From assembly GCA_963826075.1 (NCBI GenBank), contig CAWGVQ010000011.1, positions 54,390 to 118,389 on the forward strand: a stretch of DNA of 64,000 nucleotides, written 5' to 3'. Positions 28,313 to 37,169 of this stretch are shown here, piece after piece; within the stretch, counting starts at the first letter, position 1; every line of letters begins with the position of its first letter. The notes beneath the pieces are model-generated. The model did not search any database. It was not told where the DNA came from and worked only from the letters and a program-made list of their open reading frames with translations. This DNA is from an uncultured Chloroflexia bacterium (GTDB lineage: Bacteria; Chloroflexota; Ktedonobacteria; Ktedonobacterales; JADMIN01). Made by a program: the position numbers and the translations under genes.

Positions 28313-28765
28313 ATGGCCAAGAAGTCTACGGCCACGCGCCAGACCAACGCGGCCCGAAGGTCACAGACGACGTCGAAAGCCCCTGAAGTAACGCTCGTGC
28401 GTCAGCCCAGATCGGGTAGTGAGGATGTCTCGATTACCAAAACGGCTCCTTCCGATAGCGCTACCGTCGCCAGGCCGCCCAAGACCGGAACCGCACCTGC
28501 CGTAACCTCCAAGCGGCTACCTGAGGCGACCAGGCCTGGGGCGGTTTCCGCCGCAGCAAAGACGCCGGAAAATGTATCGCGGCCCGCGTCCAGGAATCAG
28601 GTCAGTCGAGTTGCCAGAGCTCAGGCCAGTCAACGTGCACGCCTTGCCAGCCAGATATCGCCGCGTCAGTACGCGTATGTGAGAGATGATCTGCGATTGA
28701 TTGGCATACTGGCTGCGTCGATGTTTCTGTTCATCATCATACTGCACTTCGTGCTGCCGATCTAG
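28313..28765 (+). CDS. Hypothetical tail-anchored protein (basic, Ser/Thr/Ala/Pro-rich, disordered region plus C-terminal TM)
   Basis: Strong Shine-Dalgarno 6 nt upstream. C-terminal TM LIGILAASMFLFIIILHFVLPI. No family recognised. Confidence 0.55.
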   Translation: MAKKSTATRQTNAARRSQTTSKAPEVTLVRQPRSGSEDVSITKTAPSDSATVARPPKTGTAPAVTSKRLPEATRPGAVSAAAKTPENVSRPASRNQVSRVARAQASQRARLASQISPRQYAYVRDDLRLIGILAASMFLFIIILHFVLPI

Positions 28766-28926
28766 CTACCGTGGTAGTTCGGCGCGCGGCTGCTACTGCC
28801 TCGTTACCCTCTCCGACAGCGCCCGTCGGCCGCGATGCGGCCGGTACTATATACGCCGCACCGCTTCACTTACATCACCAAGGCGTATTGCACTAGTTTC
28901 TTCGGCAGTGCTTCAACAGGAAACGG

Positions 28927-29238
28927 TCAAGACCTGACACTCAAATTGAAGGGTTCACCCTGGCGCTGGTCGGCCGGCACCATAACCCCAAGCACGCGCT
29001 CAATCGCCATTGTATGGCAGCAGGTTCCCCAATCGGCGAAGAATCCGCAGCTGCAATGCCATTTACCGCCTTCCAGGCTGGTTGTGTGTGAATCGTTCTC
29101 TCCTCGGAAAGTTGCCGCGAACTGGCTGATTTGGATGCGTTCCGGTTCTTGCGAGTACTGCTTGGCTTTGGCAATCTTTCCGATCATGCTTGAGTGCATG
29201 GGCATACCCCGCTTTCTCTGTATCTCCAAGGAATGCAT
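28927..29238 (-). CDS. Small SWIM zinc-finger protein
   Basis: CxCx(n)CxH signature: WHCSCGFFADWGTCCHTMAIERVLG. Confidence 0.7.
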   Translation of the reverse strand: MHSLEIQRKRGMPMHSSMIGKIAKAKQYSQEPERIQISQFAATFRGENDSHTTSLEGGKWHCSCGFFADWGTCCHTMAIERVLGVMVPADQRQGEPFNLSVRS

Positions 29239-29429
29239 CTAGGCTGCGATTCTCCGGTAACCAACCTGAGTGGCTAGACATTCCTCACCAAGAGATACGC
29301 TGATGAACGACACTCGTACATCTAGTATCTTGCGTGCTGGCCTGTCGGACCTCCTTTCTCTTTCTCCTCGCTGCTGCCGTAACAGCAGCCATTGGCTAGA
29401 ATCCGATGTCGTTGCGTCGAATCCAGAGC

Positions 29430-29472
29430 AAAAAACACGAAGGCACCGGAAGCTCTACTGCTTGCGGTGCCT
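29430..29472 (-). terminator. Minus-strand intrinsic terminator-like hairpin
   Basis: Read on the minus strand: AGGCACCG...CGGTGCCT (29472-29441), then TCGTG and TTTTTT (29435-29430). Confidence 0.5.
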
Positions 29473-29545
29473 ACTTATCGCTCTGCTCACAGCCGTGGTC
29501 AAAGGGTGTGTCTGCAATACAGAGACAAACAACTGATAGCTGCAT
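29471..29545 (-). CDS. Candidate micro-ORF, 24 aa, MQLSVVCLCIADTPFDHGCEQSDK
   Basis: ATG 29545 lies 7 nt after AGGGGA (29558-29553). The stop TAG sits inside the 5' arm of the terminator hairpin. No homology can be assessed. Confidence 0.2.
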   Translation of the reverse strand: MQLSVVCLCIADTPFDHGCEQSDK

Positions 29546-29608
29546 CTTCGAGTCCCCTCTTGCCAAAATCAGGGCATTCGGAAGGGTGCATTCAAGTATA
29601 TGGACTAC

Positions 29609-29617
29609 AGTGTACCA
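29609..29617 (-). promoter_or_regulatory. Candidate extended -10 promoter (TGGTACACT on minus strand)
   Basis: Part of the left copy of a 12-bp inverted repeat (29611-29622). Oriented toward the micro-ORF and SWIM gene. Confidence 0.35.
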
Positions 29618-29644
29618 TGTAGTTTATCACACGTCCAGTCACCG

Positions 29645-29656
29645 GACCACGTGGTC
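29645..29656. promoter_or_regulatory. Perfect 12-bp palindrome GACCACGTGGTC (candidate operator)
   Basis: Lies between the two divergent candidate promoters. Flanked by direct GTCACCG repeats (29638-29644 and 29654-29660). A second 8-bp stem TGCTCTGG/CCAGAGCA lies at 29674-29697. Confidence 0.3.
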
Positions 29657-29736
29657 ACCGCTAGACGAGTGGTTGCTCTGGGTGATTCACCAGAGCAGCG
29701 TAGCTCGTCAATCGTTGCTTCGCGCTCAGTGCTACA

Positions 29737-29745
29737 TGGTACAAT
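29737..29745 (+). promoter_or_regulatory. Candidate extended -10 promoter (TGGTACAAT)
   Basis: Part of the right copy of the 12-bp inverted repeat (29732-29743), about 32 nt upstream of ATG 29777. Confidence 0.4.
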
Positions 29746-29776
29746 AACGTGCAAGAGATGACACCTCCAGAGCTAC

Positions 29777-30211
29777 ATGAGGGACGATTGGTCTGGGAAC
29801 TTTTCGAGCTGGATGGCAGGTGGGCCAGTTGAAATGAGCAGTGGCGAGGCTGCCTTTGAGAACCATGTGCTCAGTTATCTGCGTAGCCTGGCGGATCCCT
29901 GTAGGCCTCCTCTAGGTGCCGGCTCGTTTTTGCTGCTGTACGCCAGTCAGGTCGAGGTAGTTGTCTGGTTTGATCCAGCGCACGAACATCAGCGTAGCTC
30001 GGGTGAGGTGTTGATACCCAGCGCGCTTCTGTCCAGCGCTTTTAGTAACCTGATCACCGGAGAGACGCTCGATCTGATGGCCCTCGGTCAGATCGCCGGG
30101 GGCATCTCCGGCGCGTATTGGCTTCTGGCGCTGCTTTCGCTGCTGCCTGGGGTCAGCTTTACCAAAGAGCCGCCAGCCATTCGCTGGACGGCAGAGAGGG
30201 AACGAATGTAA
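29777..30211 (+). CDS. Hypothetical protein (144 aa), adjacent to and probably co-transcribed with the downstream deacetylase gene
   Basis: ORF only, start uncertain (internal ATGs at MAGG and MSSG). Its stop (30209-30211) abuts the AAGGAG Shine-Dalgarno of the next gene. Confidence 0.45.
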   Translation: MRDDWSGNFSSWMAGGPVEMSSGEAAFENHVLSYLRSLADPCRPPLGAGSFLLLYASQVEVVVWFDPAHEHQRSSGEVLIPSALLSSAFSNLITGETLDLMALGQIAGGISGAYWLLALLSLLPGVSFTKEPPAIRWTAERERM

Positions 30212-30223
30212 GGAGTCGCTCGC

Positions 30224-31477
30224 TTGACTAACTCTAGAATATCCAGGTCGGTACCGGACACCCCCCCCCAAGAGATAGTACCGAAGCCATCTCTTTCGCC
30301 AACTGAGCAGGAGGCGAGCGGCGATCAGGTATCACGACTGCCAACTGCGCTGGTGTACGATGAAGCGTTCTTAGATCATCATGTTCCGCAAGATTTTCCG
30401 GAGACGCCTGATCGGCTGCAGGCAGCGATCAGCATGATTCGGGCACTGCTAGATGACGGCAGCTTGCCGCCAGAGAATATCTTACAGCTCGCTCCTCGTG
30501 CGGCTACCGAGGAAGAGTTGGTTCGGGTACACGATCCTCTGCACGTACGGCGGCTGCGCCATGCCGTGGAGATGCTCACCTCCCAGCAAGAGCCGAACCA
30601 GGCGGAGGCAACCCGCAAATTCGCCTCTGAGGTGTATATCTCAAGCGGTAGCTATACGGCGGCAACTCTGGCCGCGGGTGCCGGACTCACCGCTCTGGAT
30701 GCGGTTGGAAACGGGCTCGCACGCAATGGCTATGCACTGGTTCGCCCACCAGGACACCACGCCACTAGAGATACCGCCATGGGTTTCTGCCTCTTGAATA
30801 ATGTAGCGGTTGCCGCCCGCTACGCGCAGGATCGCTGGGGGTGGAACAAGGTGCTTATCGTCGATTACGATGTGCACCATGGTAATGGGACGCAGGATAT
30901 CTTCTATGAAGACGGTAGCGTCGTCTACTTTTCCACTCACCAGTCCCCCCTCTATCCTGGGACTGGCGCTTCTACCGAACTCGGCTCCGGTGCAGGCTTG
31001 GGGGCGACGATAAATGTGCCTCTCCCCGAGGGCAGTGGCTGGAGTGTCTTCGACCCTATCTTTCGGCAGGTGCTCTGGCCGGTGGCTGATCGTTTCAAGC
31101 CCGATATCGTGTTGCTCTCAGCTGGCTTCGATGCCCACTGGTGTGATCCACTTGGCGGCTTGATGCTCTGCAACGCCGACTACTCCGACCTGACGCTAGA
31201 GGTGGCGGAGATTGCCGACCAGTACTGCGATGGCCGGATGATCGTTATCCAGGAGGGCGGCTATCATCTCGATGCTGTGGCGCAGTGTGCCTCAACTCTG
31301 CTCTTGGCGCTCACCGGCAGCGACAAAATAGTGGACAGCCTGGGCTTGCCTCCGCCGATGAGCTTCCGCTGGAATGATGAAGCAATAGTGCGAGCCCTCT
31401 ATGAGTTGCATGATCTTACCGGCTATCGCCGCAAGCCTCGCCGAGTGCAGGTTCGCTCCGACTACGTCGTGCCTTGA
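30224..31477 (+). CDS. Histone-deacetylase-family (arginase/deacetylase fold) Zn-dependent deacetylase, AcuC/class II-like
   Basis: RPPGHHA, DYDVHHGNGTQ, GFDAH, QEGGYH. TTG start 8 nt after AAGGAG. Confidence 0.9.
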   Translation: MTNSRISRSVPDTPPQEIVPKPSLSPTEQEASGDQVSRLPTALVYDEAFLDHHVPQDFPETPDRLQAAISMIRALLDDGSLPPENILQLAPRAATEEELVRVHDPLHVRRLRHAVEMLTSQQEPNQAEATRKFASEVYISSGSYTAATLAAGAGLTALDAVGNGLARNGYALVRPPGHHATRDTAMGFCLLNNVAVAARYAQDRWGWNKVLIVDYDVHHGNGTQDIFYEDGSVVYFSTHQSPLYPGTGASTELGSGAGLGATINVPLPEGSGWSVFDPIFRQVLWPVADRFKPDIVLLSAGFDAHWCDPLGGLMLCNADYSDLTLEVAEIADQYCDGRMIVIQEGGYHLDAVAQCASTLLLALTGSDKIVDSLGLPPPMSFRWNDEAIVRALYELHDLTGYRRKPRRVQVRSDYVVP

Positions 31478-31607
31478 ATCACCTCTTCGGTAAACCAGTC
31501 GCAGACTCAAGCGTCACACGTTGGAGTCTGGTATGGATCGTCATCAGTTATGCATGTGAACACCTGTGGACGCATAGCGAAGAAAACGGTGGAGAGCGAG
31601 AGAAAGC

Positions 31608-34600
31608 TTGGCCATGCGAACGGAGACGGTTGGCCAGACCCCCCGTGTTGAAGAGTCGGCAGGATCACAGGTCGGAATGGCACCACTGGCGGCACTCCGG
31701 CTGGCGCTCTGGCGCGTAGGACGGTCCTTTGGACTGCTACTCGCGGTGGGGTTGGGCATGGTGGTAGCGGTTGTGCTCATCTGCACAGTGCCGCTGTATA
31801 GCAGCCTGGTCTCCAATGTTCAAGTACAGCAGCAGCTAAGCATACAGGCGCCTTCGGATCTCAACATCGAGTCCGTTGCCACGCTCCATCCCTTTACCAG
31901 CTCGTCGGTCGGAGCGATACTCAATCAGACGGAATCCTATGCCAGTCAGCTTTTGAGCCCCTTCGCGCCCACCTCCACCTGGTACCTGCGGATCGAAAAC
32001 GAAAACTCCTTTCCTCCGGTAGCGATTAACCACCAGCAGTTACCCAATCCCAGTTATCCGCTGCCCCCTGATCCGGTTCTGCAGCCCTATGTATTCAATT
32101 ATCAGCAGGCGCTGCCGCACATGGATATACTCTCAGGTAGGTTGCCAGAGTCGACCGCCGCCGGTCAGATGCCCGAGATTCTGGCCACCAAGAACCTGGG
32201 ACTCAAACCTGGCGATACCATAGCTATCGGCTACCGCAAGCTCACCTTTAAAGTCGTAGGTGTCTGGGTTCCCAAGAGCGTCTCAGATCCCTACTGGAAC
32301 GGTAATGGGTCGAACTTCAATTTTACTCTGCCTCCATGCTATGGTGCATGCAGTCCCACCCTGTTACCCGTGCTCTTTGCCCAGAGCACCTTCTTCGCCG
32401 TTTTCGGAAGCGGGCAGACCACCAGCGCTCCAGAGCCGTTGACCGTCAGCGTACACTACATCTCGTTCACCATCCCCACCCGGATTGCGGTAGCTAATAT
32501 TCCCCAGATTATCACTGCCATCTCCACCTACCGCTCTACCCTGAATGGCGGGCTCTACATCGTGTCCGGAGTCACCGGCATTGGAATCGGGACTCAGCTG
32601 GATAGCGTCCTCGGGACATTGCGGCAACAATTCGGTCTGCTGACCCAACCGCTGTATATCATCGTTGTCCAGCTGGTCGTGGTGGCGCTACTCTTCGTCG
32701 TCGCCATGGCCTCACTGCTGGTCGAAAACCAGACCACCGATATTGCTACGCTCAAGAGCCGCGGCGCCAGCAGTGCACAGCTCCTGCTCAACTATACTCT
32801 GCAAGGCCTGGTAGTGGCGCTACTAGCCGTGCTCGCCGGTCCATTTCTGGCCGTCGGGATGAGTCTGATCATCGTTCGGTTCTTTATCCCGGACTCGGCC
32901 AGGATTCTGCAGCAGCTGGTGGGTAGCAGCGGTGGGATAGGAGCGCAGATAGCCTCGCCGCAGTTAGTTCTCGAGCCGGCAGTGGCGGGAGCGCTACTGG
33001 GCTTGCTCGCTCTGCTCCTCGCCGCCTGGACGGCCGGGCGGCGAGATGTCCTGGCGCTGCGTCGCGAAGCTGGCCGGCAACAGCGCGCGCCTTTCTGGCA
33101 GAGAACCTATCTTGACGTCGGCCTGGTACTGCTGGCTCTGGCCGGCTACGTGGAGCTGGGAGAGTTCGGCGGCCTGGATATTCGCCAGCAGTTGGGCCAG
33201 AGTGCCAGCGGCGGGGCCGATCTGTTGCAGCTGGCGGCTCCCGCTCTCCTGCTGCTCGCTGGCGCCCTGGTGGCGCTGCGTTTGTTCCCGCTGGCGACCC
33301 GGATGGGAGCCTGGCTGGCGCAGCGGGGCAGGGGAGCCGTCCGCATGTTGGCGTTCGCCGAGCTGGCGCGAGCGGCAGGCCAGTTTGCTCGCCTGGCTCT
33401 CCTGCTGTCGCTGTCCATTGGGTTGGGCATCTTCGCCCTCACCTTCCAGGCATCTCTGCAGACCAATACCCTGGCCGAGGCTGGCTTTCTGGTCGGGTGC
33501 GATCAGCGCGTGGTGTTGCAGAGTCCCGTCCAGGGAACTCCTCCCACTGCACCGTTCAAAGCCCAGATCGCCGCCATGCCGGGAGTAGAAGCCATCACGC
33601 CGGTCTACCGCTCGCTAGCGACCAATACCAGCGACGGCACCAATGTCGATCTGCTGGGGATCGACCCCGCCAGTTTCGCCAAGGTGGCCTACTGGCGCTC
33701 CAATTACGCGTCAGTGCCGCTGGCGACCTTACTGAGCCGCATGCAGGCACACGCGCAAGGCCCGTTGGCCGGGGAGCCCAGCCATCCGATCTGGGCGCTG
33801 ATTGATCCAGAGTTTGCCAGCAGCTACCGGCTGGCCCCCGGAGTGGTATTCACGCTGACCCCCCAGGACAGCTCGTCGGCCTCCCTGGCCTTTCGGGTCG
33901 AGGCGGTGGTGGATCATTTCCCCACGCTCGGCGACAGCAGCGTCAGCGGGCAGGTGGTCTTCAATCTGGCTGACTATGTTCATGCGCTCAACGGCCCACA
34001 GGGAGCTGGGGGCTATATCAATTACATCGGTCCCAACGAATACTGGCTCCGTACCGCGAATAGTGCGGTGGACGCCGCCGATCGGGCAGTCGACCTGCGA
34101 AATCCCAATTTGTGGGTACAGACGGTTATCAGCCGGGCAACGCTGGAGCAGCAGGCGCTGGATAATCCCCTCTCATCGGGGATGACCGGGCTCTTGGTGA
34201 TAGGGGCGGCCGGCGCCGCTCTATTGGCGATCCTGGGGAGTGTTATTCAAGCTAGTGTACTAGCCAGGAAGCGGCTGACCCAATTTGCGATCCTCAGAAC
34301 GCTGGGAGGGCAGAGGCAGCAACTGGTGGGAATTCTGCTGACGCAGCAGTTGGTGGTCTACGGATTTGGCCTGGTGGTGGGGACACTGCTGGGGATCGTG
34401 CTGGCGACGGCGACGCTGCCCTTCTTGCAGTTTAGTACCACCGCCCTCAACACCGCGACGCAGCAATTGCCTCCCTATGTGCTGTCCTTGAACGGGGAGG
34501 CCATCGCCGGCTTCTACGTGGCACTGCTGGCAGCGTTTGGACTGGCCCTGTTTGTCAGCCTGCAAGCAGCCACGCGCGGTGGGCTAGGACAGACGTTGCG

Positions 34601-34616
34601 TCTGGGTGAAGATTAA
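31608..34616 (+). CDS. Large ABC-type permease with two FtsX/MacB-like domains (about 10 TM, two large extracytoplasmic domains); no cognate ATPase in the window
   Basis: Two FtsX-domain signatures (IATLKSRGASSAQLLLNY and FAILRTLGGQRQQLVGILL), each followed by 3 TM segments. Start uncertain (TTG 31608, ATG 31614 or ATG 31677). Confidence 0.85.
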   Translation: MAMRTETVGQTPRVEESAGSQVGMAPLAALRLALWRVGRSFGLLLAVGLGMVVAVVLICTVPLYSSLVSNVQVQQQLSIQAPSDLNIESVATLHPFTSSSVGAILNQTESYASQLLSPFAPTSTWYLRIENENSFPPVAINHQQLPNPSYPLPPDPVLQPYVFNYQQALPHMDILSGRLPESTAAGQMPEILATKNLGLKPGDTIAIGYRKLTFKVVGVWVPKSVSDPYWNGNGSNFNFTLPPCYGACSPTLLPVLFAQSTFFAVFGSGQTTSAPEPLTVSVHYISFTIPTRIAVANIPQIITAISTYRSTLNGGLYIVSGVTGIGIGTQLDSVLGTLRQQFGLLTQPLYIIVVQLVVVALLFVVAMASLLVENQTTDIATLKSRGASSAQLLLNYTLQGLVVALLAVLAGPFLAVGMSLIIVRFFIPDSARILQQLVGSSGGIGAQIASPQLVLEPAVAGALLGLLALLLAAWTAGRRDVLALRREAGRQQRAPFWQRTYLDVGLVLLALAGYVELGEFGGLDIRQQLGQSASGGADLLQLAAPALLLLAGALVALRLFPLATRMGAWLAQRGRGAVRMLAFAELARAAGQFARLALLLSLSIGLGIFALTFQASLQTNTLAEAGFLVGCDQRVVLQSPVQGTPPTAPFKAQIAAMPGVEAITPVYRSLATNTSDGTNVDLLGIDPASFAKVAYWRSNYASVPLATLLSRMQAHAQGPLAGEPSHPIWALIDPEFASSYRLAPGVVFTLTPQDSSSASLAFRVEAVVDHFPTLGDSSVSGQVVFNLADYVHALNGPQGAGGYINYIGPNEYWLRTANSAVDAADRAVDLRNPNLWVQTVISRATLEQQALDNPLSSGMTGLLVIGAAGAALLAILGSVIQASVLARKRLTQFAILRTLGGQRQQLVGILLTQQLVVYGFGLVVGTLLGIVLATATLPFLQFSTTALNTATQQLPPYVLSLNGEAIAGFYVALLAAFGLALFVSLQAATRGGLGQTLRLGED

Positions 34617-36004
34617 TGATCCAGGCCGGCAATTTCGATGTCGCCAGAAAGGGCGCATTCAGGATGAGCCGCACACCAGCGAAGCGCCTCGCCAGCGAAG
34701 GCTACTGAGCCAGCGACACAGATCAGGTCTTCCGGCCCGGCGACGCCAAGAGCCGACCACATGGCGTCAGCCAGGTTTGACTCGGTAGATACTTGGCCAG
34801 GCTCAAGTAGCTGGGCAGCTATGGCCGGTGACGCGGCTCGCGGATTCTGCCAGCCGGAGCAGATAACCTCGTCGACATGGGCGCCTCTGATCGCACCGGC
34901 GATACCTGGTATATCCTTGTCGGCCATCAGTCCCAGAACAAGGATCACCCTGCGAAACGTAAAATGGCGATGCAACGCCGCAAAGAGTCGAGCAAACGAA
35001 TCAGCGTTATGTGCGCTGTCCACTACCAGCCAGGGCGTGCGGCCGACAACCTGTAAACGAGCAGGCCAGCGAGCGTCATTAAGCCCCTGGTAAACCGCAC
35101 TGTTGCTGATGGAGAGACCAAGCTCTCTAAGAGAGAACACAGCTGCCACCGCTGCGGTAGCATTCTCCAGTTGGTGCTCGCCCAGCAGCGCTAGCTGGAA
35201 CTCCAGGTACTCGCCGGCTGGTGTGGTAATCGCAAAGCTACTCTGCTCGCTGTCCGCCCCCAGCGACTGGTAGCGATAGTCGCAATCGCTATCGGTGGCG
35301 TGACCAATGCGGATCAAGGGAGCACCGCGCTCTGCGCTGATGGTGGTGATGACGTCGAGAGCCTCGGGAGCCCGAACCGAGGTAACCACTGGCACTCCCG
35401 GTTTGATGATTCCGGCTTTCTCTCCGGCAATGGCAGAGAGTGTGCTGCCCAGCACTTGCATATGGTCGTAGCTTATCGAGGTGATCACAGTGACCATCGG
35501 CACGACCACGTTGGTGGCGTCGAGCCTACCACCCAGCCCCACTTCGATCACCGCATGGCCGGAATTAGCCTCCCGAAAATAGAGGAAAGCCAGGGCAGTG
35601 GCCACCTCATAGGTGATATAGGGACCCAGAGAATCTCCTACGTGAGCCAGGGCCTCTCGTACCATATTCGCTAATTGGGGTACGTCGTCCTCCTGTATGA
35701 GTTTGCCGTCCACGCGCATGCGTTCCCGGAAGGTATGTAGATCGGGCTGGGTATACAAGCCGGTGCGAATGCCGCTCGCCTGAAGAATAGCGGCAATCAT
35801 GGTTGCAGTCGAGCCCTTGCCCTTGGTACCGGCGATATGGGTAATACCATAGCACTCTTGTGGATTGCCGAGCTCTGCCAGCAGAGCTCGTTCGCGGTGC
35901 AGATTGTCTTCTCGCTCGCGCACAAAGTGTCCCGTGCGCTCGGTGTCGCTGAACGAATAGATCCAGTCCAGCGCTTCTCGGTAGTTAGCGAAGCTGGAGT
36001 TCAT
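34613..36004 (-). CDS. folC: Bifunctional folylpolyglutamate synthase / dihydrofolate synthase
   Basis: Mur-ligase P-loop HIAGTKGKGST and FolC-type C-terminal domain. Downstream of folP. Confidence 0.9.
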   Translation of the reverse strand: MNSSFANYREALDWIYSFSDTERTGHFVREREDNLHRERALLAELGNPQECYGITHIAGTKGKGSTATMIAAILQASGIRTGLYTQPDLHTFRERMRVDGKLIQEDDVPQLANMVREALAHVGDSLGPYITYEVATALAFLYFREANSGHAVIEVGLGGRLDATNVVVPMVTVITSISYDHMQVLGSTLSAIAGEKAGIIKPGVPVVTSVRAPEALDVITTISAERGAPLIRIGHATDSDCDYRYQSLGADSEQSSFAITTPAGEYLEFQLALLGEHQLENATAAVAAVFSLRELGLSISNSAVYQGLNDARWPARLQVVGRTPWLVVDSAHNADSFARLFAALHRHFTFRRVILVLGLMADKDIPGIAGAIRGAHVDEVICSGWQNPRAASPAIAAQLLEPGQVSTESNLADAMWSALGVAGPEDLICVAGSVAFAGEALRWCAAHPECALSGDIEIAGLDH

Positions 36005-36932
36005 CAGGGTTCTCTTGCCTAATCTCCCACCATCCCCGTACGACGGAGTCGGCCATCTTGACTACTCTGGCCATCTGCCGCACATCGTGCACCCGCACCA
36101 TCTCCGCACCCCCGGAAATGGCCAGCGCCACCGTGGCTGCCGTACCCTCGAGTCGATCCTCGACCGGAGTGCCCAGTACGAGTCCAATGTGAGACTTGCG
36201 CGACGTACCTACCAGCAGTGGACGCCCAAGCGCGCATAGCTCGCCGAGGCGGTTCAGCACCTGCAGGTTTTCCTGGCCCACCAGACCGAAGCCAAAACCA
36301 GGGTCAAGAATGATGTGTTCCCAGGGAACGCCGCCAGAGATCGCCAGCTCGATACTACCGGCGAGGCGGCGCAGAACATCAGCTACCGGCTCGCGTCGTG
36401 GTTGGCCGCGTAAATTGCTCATCACTACAATGGGTACACCGTGATCTGCCACCATGGCCGCCATCTCCGGATCAGCCCGCAGACCGGAGATATCGTTAAC
36501 GACCACGGCGCCGGCATCCAGCGCGGCGGCGGCAGTACTGGCTTTATATGTGTCTATCGAAATCAATACTGAATCGGGGAGCGCATCAGCGAGCGCTGCT
36601 ATCACCGGGACAGTGCGCGCTATTTCAATCTCAGCGGGAAGCGGATCAGCTAGTGTGGTGCTTGGCCGAGTGGATTCCCCGCCGACGTCAATTACGTGCG
36701 CACCCCCTGCGACCATATCCAGAGCTCGCTCGACCGCCAGACGGACGACTTGATCGGTGGTAAGCTGCTCGAGCAGCAAACCGTCGCGTGAGAACGAGTC
36801 GGGTGTAATATTGAGAATGCCCATCACATACGTATGTCGCCCCCACTGGAGGGAATGATTTCCCCAGGTGGTTGGTGGGTAACTCAGCCGGGATGCCTTG
36901 CGCATGTCACTCGAATCCAAGAGCTCCTCCAC
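35985..36932 (-). CDS. folP: Dihydropteroate synthase
   Basis: MGILNITPDSFSRDG, VIDVGGESTRP, C-terminal VRVHDV. 20-nt overlap with folC. Confidence 0.92.
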   Translation of the reverse strand: MEELLDSSDMRKASRLSYPPTTWGNHSLQWGRHTYVMGILNITPDSFSRDGLLLEQLTTDQVVRLAVERALDMVAGGAHVIDVGGESTRPSTTLADPLPAEIEIARTVPVIAALADALPDSVLISIDTYKASTAAAALDAGAVVVNDISGLRADPEMAAMVADHGVPIVVMSNLRGQPRREPVADVLRRLAGSIELAISGGVPWEHIILDPGFGFGLVGQENLQVLNRLGELCALGRPLLVGTSRKSHIGLVLGTPVEDRLEGTAATVALAISGGAEMVRVHDVRQMARVVKMADSVVRGWWEIRQENPDELQLR

Positions 36933-37169
36933 AACTAGGGGTGGTTGGCTGGCCTGTATACACCAGCTAGTATAGCACCACCAGGGCTGCTCAACTACAT
37001 AAGTGACTGCAGTGCACTGTCCATGAAGTGACCTGGTTTGGCAAGCTCAGGGCTATAACCGGGCATGCAGGCGCGGTAAAGATGCAACGGCCGAAGGTGT
37101 GCTACGATGAGTGGCAGCCTCGTGCGCGGTGGCTACTGTAGGTTTCCTGCCGGGTAGCGTAGGTGGCCG

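Noticed and set aside
29414-29426. tmRNA-like 5' motif (CTGGATTCGACGC on the minus strand) in the non-coding island.
   Set aside because: There is no GGGG acceptor start and no tRNA-like T-arm/CCA 3' end nearby. The motif sits just downstream of a terminator rather than at a transcript start. This is most likely a chance match.
29611-29743. 12-bp terminal inverted repeats flanking 109 bp could be a MITE.
   Set aside because: No target-site duplication is visible (flanks ...ACAG / ATAA...). There is no second copy in the window. Both repeat copies make good outward-facing extended -10 elements. I prefer the divergent-promoter reading, but a genome-wide copy count would settle it.
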